DNA from: Mobula hypostoma
Lineage: Eukaryota
Direction: 5' to 3'
Length of the DNA stretch: 64,000 bases
Assembly: GCF_963921235.1 (NCBI RefSeq)
Contig: NC_086098.1
Span: 7,254,001 to 7,318,000 of the forward strand
This document shows positions 58,636 to 64,000 of the stretch, in pieces; positions within the stretch are counted from its first letter, which is position 1; each line of letters begins with the position of its first letter. The notes beneath the pieces are model-generated. The model did not search any database, was not told the DNA's origin, and was given only the letters and a program-made list of their open reading frames with translations. Both the position numbers and the translations under genes were made by a program.

Positions 58636-59370
58636 CGTTCGTTCGTTTAAGTTCCGTGTCATACGATGTGATTGATCATGGTCCTGACCATGATTGTTCT
58701 GACAAACTTAACCACAGGCTGGTGCCCAGCTCACTGCTCACGAGGTTTACCTGTCTTTGTGCTGACCTGAGGCGGTGGCCTGCAACTGATGGGCTCCTGC
58801 TTTGGCTGTGACTGGTTCGTAGCTGTACATTCACATTTTTCAACTTCAGTTCAGAATGTTATTGTTTGCACGATTTGCTTTTTTCTCTGCACATTGGGTG
58901 TTTGACAGTCTTTTTTGATGGATTTTATTGTGTTTCTTTGTTTTTGCGGCTGTCAGTAAGGAGACAGATCACGTTGTTGTACAGACTTTGATAATAAATG
59001 TACTTTGAACTTTGAACACAAGCACTGGTTCCTTGTCACTTGCTCCATCTTTCTCCTCGGTCATTGCTTCAGGCTTTAGCTCACAGTTTACAACTTCAAT
59101 ATTGCACTTGGTCCAGCAATCAACTTCTGGTTTTCACTGACCATGCTTAATTCTGGAAGCATCACATGTTCTGCAATATTCGAGTCACCTCTCATCCCCC
59201 TTTGCTACAAAGAGAAAGACTCCAGCTTGCTCAACCTGGGCTTCATAAGACATGTCCAGGCAGCATAGTGATAAATCTCCTCTGCACTAAAGCTCACTAA
59301 AGCTTTCACATCCTTCCTATAATGAGGTGACTAGAATTGAACACAATATTCCTAGTGTAGTTTAACTAAA

Positions 59371-59960
59371 GGTTCCTTAAGGTTGTTATAGCCGGGGGTG
59401 GTAGTGGGGACAAGTTCCCACCACCTAGTAAATGTTCCAAATGGCATGCATCTCAAATATTGTAGCCTCTGACAACCAAGTCCAGCTCATGGCCTTTGCG
59501 TGTGGCTTAGGAACTAAGCCTGGTGGAACTATTTCTGTTGATAGGAGAAGGGGCAAAGGCGGGTTACTGGTGCCTTTAAACTAGTGGCTTCAGGCAGATG
59601 GGGCTTGTCAGCCTTGGTTAGTAGCTCATCCAGGGAAAGGAAAATTCTGATCTCAAACCTCTGTCGTCTTGCGGCTGTACCTACTCTTGGAGAGGGCTTC
59701 TGGAGTAAACCCCGAGAGAAAAATACGGAGCTGGAGTCACTACGGCAGTCCTAAATTGAGTTCACTGCTGACTGTCAACTCTTGTGACACTGCTGGTGCC
59801 AAACTGTATTGGTCTCTGCTGTTCCCTTGGATTCAGCAGATGTGTGGAGATGGCGAGCTTGTTGAATGGGCTCTCCATATCGTACTGCCCTGGCTTGCAT
59901 ATCTAGACCGCTAAAACGCAACATCCGTGGTTGACCCAGACCAGTGGAGGCCTCAGCCTC
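59371..59960 (+). mobile_element. Family D element copy 4, inserted in a CR1 fragment
   Basis: Starts GGTTCCTTAAGGTTGTTATAGCCGGGG; CR1 (-) continues on both sides. Confidence 0.8.
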
Positions 59961-60829
59961 GGATCTAACCAAAGTTTGATAGAGCTGCAACATTACCTTG
60001 TGGCTCTCCAACTCAATACTCCGGCTAATGAAGCCAAATTACTGTACACCTCTTAACAAACTTATTAAAGGTCCATTTATTGTCAAAGTATACAACTGTG
60101 AAATTCTTCTCCTCCAGATAGCCATGAAACCAAGAAAGAAAAGAACAACAGCACAGTCATCTCCCTCCCCCCACCCAAATCCCCCTCCCCGCATACTAAA
60201 AAATGAGAAAGATCAGGTGAAAAACACAAAATATAAAAACTATAAGTCCAAGTCCATATCCAAGATGCAGAAAACCGAGGTAGCATTCTCCAGGCACAGC
60301 GACAGCCTCTCCGCTCTCCAGTTGAGCAATCCCACCGGTGATCAGAAAGCAGACTCCCCTCTCTGGTCGCAGAGTGAACAAAGGTCAGGCAGCCAGTATT
60401 CACCTTCAGCTTAGGTTGTTTTATTTTGTGACAGGTACTTTATAAAAGGAAGCTGTGTTTTTTCTTAATCTGTATAATGGATGTTAAGAATAATATCCAG
60501 GAACAGCTTCTTCCCCTCTGCCATCAATTTCAGAATGGACATTGAACCCATGAACACTATCTCACTACTTTTCTAATTTCCTACTTTTTGCACTACTTAA
60601 TTAATTTAACTATATATATATATATTTACTGTCAATCACAGTTTCTTCTCCATATTATCATGTATTGCATTGTACTGCTGCTGTAAAGTTAACAAATTTC
60701 ATGACATATGCCAATGGTGTTAAACCTGGTTCTGATTGTGATTCTGATGATGCAGGGGTTCTGGCCAGAGATTCTATTCCAGAAGCTATCTGGTTCCAAC
60801 TGAACAGCATCTCAGAGAGAATTTTATTT

Positions 60830-61110
60830 TATTCATTTTATTGTGATACATCATGGAATTGCCCCTTCTGGCTTTTCGAGCCACACCACCCAGCAATCCT
60901 CCAATTTATTCCTAGCCTAATCATGGGAAATTTACAATGGCCAATTAACCTACCAACTGGTATGTCTTTGGACAGTGAGAGGAAAGCAGACCAGCCAGAG
61001 GAAACCCCTGCGGTCACAGGGAGAACATACAAAGTCCGTACTGGCAGTGGTGGGAAATGAACTTGGGTCGCCAATACTGTAACGTATTGTGCTAACCGCT
61101 ATACCACTGT
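60830..61110 (-). mobile_element. V-SINE
   Basis: Reverse V-domain and tRNA-like head. Confidence 0.75.
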
Positions 61111-61159
61111 ACAGTTTTAGTATGCTTTGGCAGTTATTGTATTCTGGTATTAATATTAT

Positions 61160-61803
61160 ATTAGGTTATATTATGAGGACACAAAGTCCTCTTTTATAGT
61201 CATTTAGTAATGCATGCACTAAGAAATGATTCAATGTTTTTCCAGAATGATATCACGGAAACACAAGACAAACCGACTTAAAAACTGACAAAAACCACAT
61301 AATTATAACATATAGTTACAACAGTGCAAAACAATACTGTAGTTTGATAAGAACAGATCATGGCACAGTAATAGTCTCAAAGTCTCTCAAAAGTCCCATC
61401 ATCTCATGCAGACGGTGAACCTCCAGCGCCGCCAACTTGCTGATGCAGCATACTGGAAGCATCCGACCACAGTCCGACTCCGAGTCCGTCCGAAAACTCC
61501 GAGCCTCTGACCAGCTCTCCAACACCGAGCACCGAGCACCATCTCTGCTGAGCGCTTCGACCCCAGCCCCGGCAATAGGCAATAGGCAAAGCCGAGGATT
61601 TGGGGCCTTCGTCTCCGGAGATTCTCGATCGCACAGTAGCAGCGGCAGCGAAGCGGGCATTTCAGAAGTTACTCCAGGTGTTCCTCTGCGCTTCTCACGG
61701 TTGTCTCCATCAAATCCGGATTGTGCACGGCCCCAAGTTACACATAATCGATATCATTCGGAACGGCCGCACGCGCTGCGTCGCGCTGCCATCTTCTCCT
61801 CCC
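61160..61803 (-). mobile_element. ~650-bp non-autonomous retroposon (copy 2, CpG-rich)
   Basis: Colinear with 6190-6870. Confidence 0.75.
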
Positions 61804-62659
61804 TTTTGTCACATGTTACAGTTGCTGTGCTGAACTCTTCAGACTAAGCACCTGTGTTCTATACCAGATAGATTAAATCTGCTAAAATGACTGAAAGAAT
61901 GTGATCAAGTCATTCCTTCCCTAAACCTGTCACCCTTACTGCAGTGTGGTCTGCCGACAGCAGCTTACCAGAATCCTCTGGTCTCAGCCAGTCTGCAAGT
62001 TCTCCCCAGTATAGCCCATCTTCTAGGTGTATCCTTTCTCTCCCAGGGATGAGAACTCTGGAGCTTCTGTTGGTGTCTTTGTAGCTCTGCTATGATCTTC
62101 TTATGGGCAGCAGTGGGAATTGAACCCAGGTCACCTGTACTATAAATCGTCATGCTAACCACTACACTACCAAAACAGAGCCTTCAGAAAGCAGCAACAA
62201 AATTGATGACTTGTTCATTGCACATCCAATAACAAATATATCAACACACTGAAAGTGCTATGACCTTAAAAACACATCAATAATACGATATCATGCAAAA
62301 TCAAGAGTGATTTTAAAGCATTATTCTCGGCAGTGAACCAGAAGAAAATGGGTTTAGGAATTGCACAATTTAGACTGCTATCACTTCTACTGATAGAATC
62401 AAGTGCAGATAAAAATTTATTTAATATAAGGTTGTAAAAATGGGTTGAAGTATTCATTTTTCTGCTGATTGATTCAAACAGAGCAAGCGAAGTTGGAACA
62501 ACATTTCAATTCTGTTCAGTGGTGAAATGATTTATTTATGTGCATCTCCAGGGGGAGAGAGAAAAACCTCATGGGTGAAGAGCACAGAATAAAAAGATAC
62601 CGACATTTATTTAACAATGGTCATCGGAGACTGATTGAGAAAAGAACGGAATAAATCTC

Positions 62660-62800
62660 CCGCTGAAATTGTGTTGTAGATCTTTTACATCCACCCGGAA
62701 GGCCGGACAGGACCTTGGTGTAACGCCTTAACTGAACGCTTAGATACTCCGTCAGTAGGTAGCGCAGTAGTGTTTGGTGTCAGGAGCAGGGCTTCAAAGT
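62660..62800 (-). mobile_element. Ancient DeuSINE relic (Deu domain)
   Basis: GATCTTTTACATCCACCCGGAAGGCCGGACAGGACCTTGGTGTAACG resembles the recalled reverse Deu-domain GATCTTTTACGTCCACCTGAGAGGGCAGACGGGGCCTCGGTTTAACG. Confidence 0.55.
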
Positions 62801-63286
62801 TCTAGGCATATTCATTATCAAAGTACGTGTACTATATGCAACCTTGAGATTTGTCTCCTTACAGACAGCCACAAAACAAAGAAACCCAGAGGAAACGGTT
62901 AAAGTACAGAAGACAGTCAGAAACACAATGTGCAGAGAGAAGACAACCAAATCATGCAAACAATAAAAGTAAGCAAATAGAATTCAGAATGAGAGTGAGT
63001 CTAGTAGAGCAGCGAGCAGAACTGGCTGACCCTTGTCTCTTGTCCCGACACCCTGCCTGTTCAATGTATCAGACCCAGTATCTAAGTCATCCAAGCAGCA
63101 GGTCCTTCCTCACACTTGGAACCGAACACAGTCACATCGATATGTTCTGGGCCTTGACCTTGCCAAAAGGTTTCTCAACTGAGAGTTCACAATCAGGTTT
63201 ATTATCACTGATACCTGTCATGAAATTTGTTGTTTTGTAGCAGCAGTGCAGTTCAATGCCTAAAAAAATCACTATAAATTACAGCT

Positions 63287-63897
63287 GGGTGGTGGGGTGG
63301 AGATACGTTTCTACCAAAGGAGGTGCAAGGCGTTCCTTCCCTCTGCCTGCAGGTCACCCTTGGGTAAGGTGTAGACCACCCAGTAAAGGCATCCGTTAGT
63401 CTTGCGAGACCATGGATCTGTGCCTGGAAAGTCTTCACTCTCCAGGGCGCAGGCCTGGGCAAGGTTGTATGGAAGACCAGCAGTTGCCCATGCTGCAAGT
63501 CTCCCCTCTCCATGACACCAATGTTGTCCAAGGGAAAGGCATTAGGACCCATATAGCTTGGCACCAGTGTCGTAGCAGAGCAATGTGTGGTTAAGTGCCT
63601 TGCTCAAGGACGTAAAATGTTGCCTCAGCTGGGGCTCGAACTAGCGACCTTCAGGTTGTTAGTCCAATGCCTTAACCACTTGGCCACGTCCACCACCCAA
63701 TCAGAGTCATATGAAACCATGGGAGTAGATGGTGCATGGTCATTTGAGCAGCTGGTGAATATCACAAGTCCTGGTTTTACAACCACTGACGCCAGGCAGA
63801 CAATCTCTGAAAGGTATTGATAATGGCTGAGGTCATCCGTCTTGTAAAGGCACTGCCCAGAAGAAGGCAGTGACAAACCACTTCTGTAGAAAAAGTC
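63287..63897 (+). mobile_element. Bipartite RTE non-autonomous element with a nested tRNA/CORE-like SINE (63383-63691, -)
   Basis: Nested SINE flanked by 8-bp TSD ACCACCCA (63375-63382 / 63692-63699). Confidence 0.85.
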
Positions 63898-64000
63898 TGA
63901 TGGTAAAACGGAAGAAGGTCCTAAAACATTGAGTGTGGGGCTTTGTCCTCCTGTACCTCCTCCCTGATGGGAGTAATGAGAAGAGTGGTAGGGGTCCTTA

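Noticed and set aside
63287..63400. HDV-like ribozyme at the 5' end of the BovA-like RTE element (also ~7530-7635)
   Set aside because: A P1-like pair (GGGUGGU/GUCACCC) and hairpins exist, but no convincing P2, P3 or J4/2 could be assigned. A consensus would be needed.

Overview
Eukaryotic, repeat-dominated non-coding DNA (intergenic or a large intron). The mix of CR1/HER1-type LINEs, V-domain (HE1-type) SINEs, DeuSINE relics, Rex1/Babar, RTE and Penelope elements suggests a cartilaginous fish (inference). No host protein-coding gene could be recognised; all recognisable ORFs are decayed transposon fragments or artefacts of a 45-bp minisatellite. The most notable signal is at the RNA level, with two classes of putative self-cleaving ribozymes carried by non-autonomous retroelements. 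(1) A hand-folded HDV-like double pseudoknot, with a hairpin inserted in L3, sits at the 5' end of a TSD-flanked ~570-bp RTE-type element (49270-49462; partial second copy at 17938-18034). A second family with four copies has a similar, less certain fold lacking P4. (2) Minimal type-I hammerheads with a loopless palindromic helix III occur in many Penelope pseudo-LTRs (intact at 31076-31113; inverted pair at 33882-33961). Also present: a 39-unit G4-prone minisatellite born inside a Penelope pseudo-LTR, an internally deleted hAT element, Tigger/Tc1/mariner relics, multi-level nested insertions and a few unique enhancer-like stretches. Structures were folded by eye, family names are from recall rather than a database search, and coordinates of decayed repeats are approximate.
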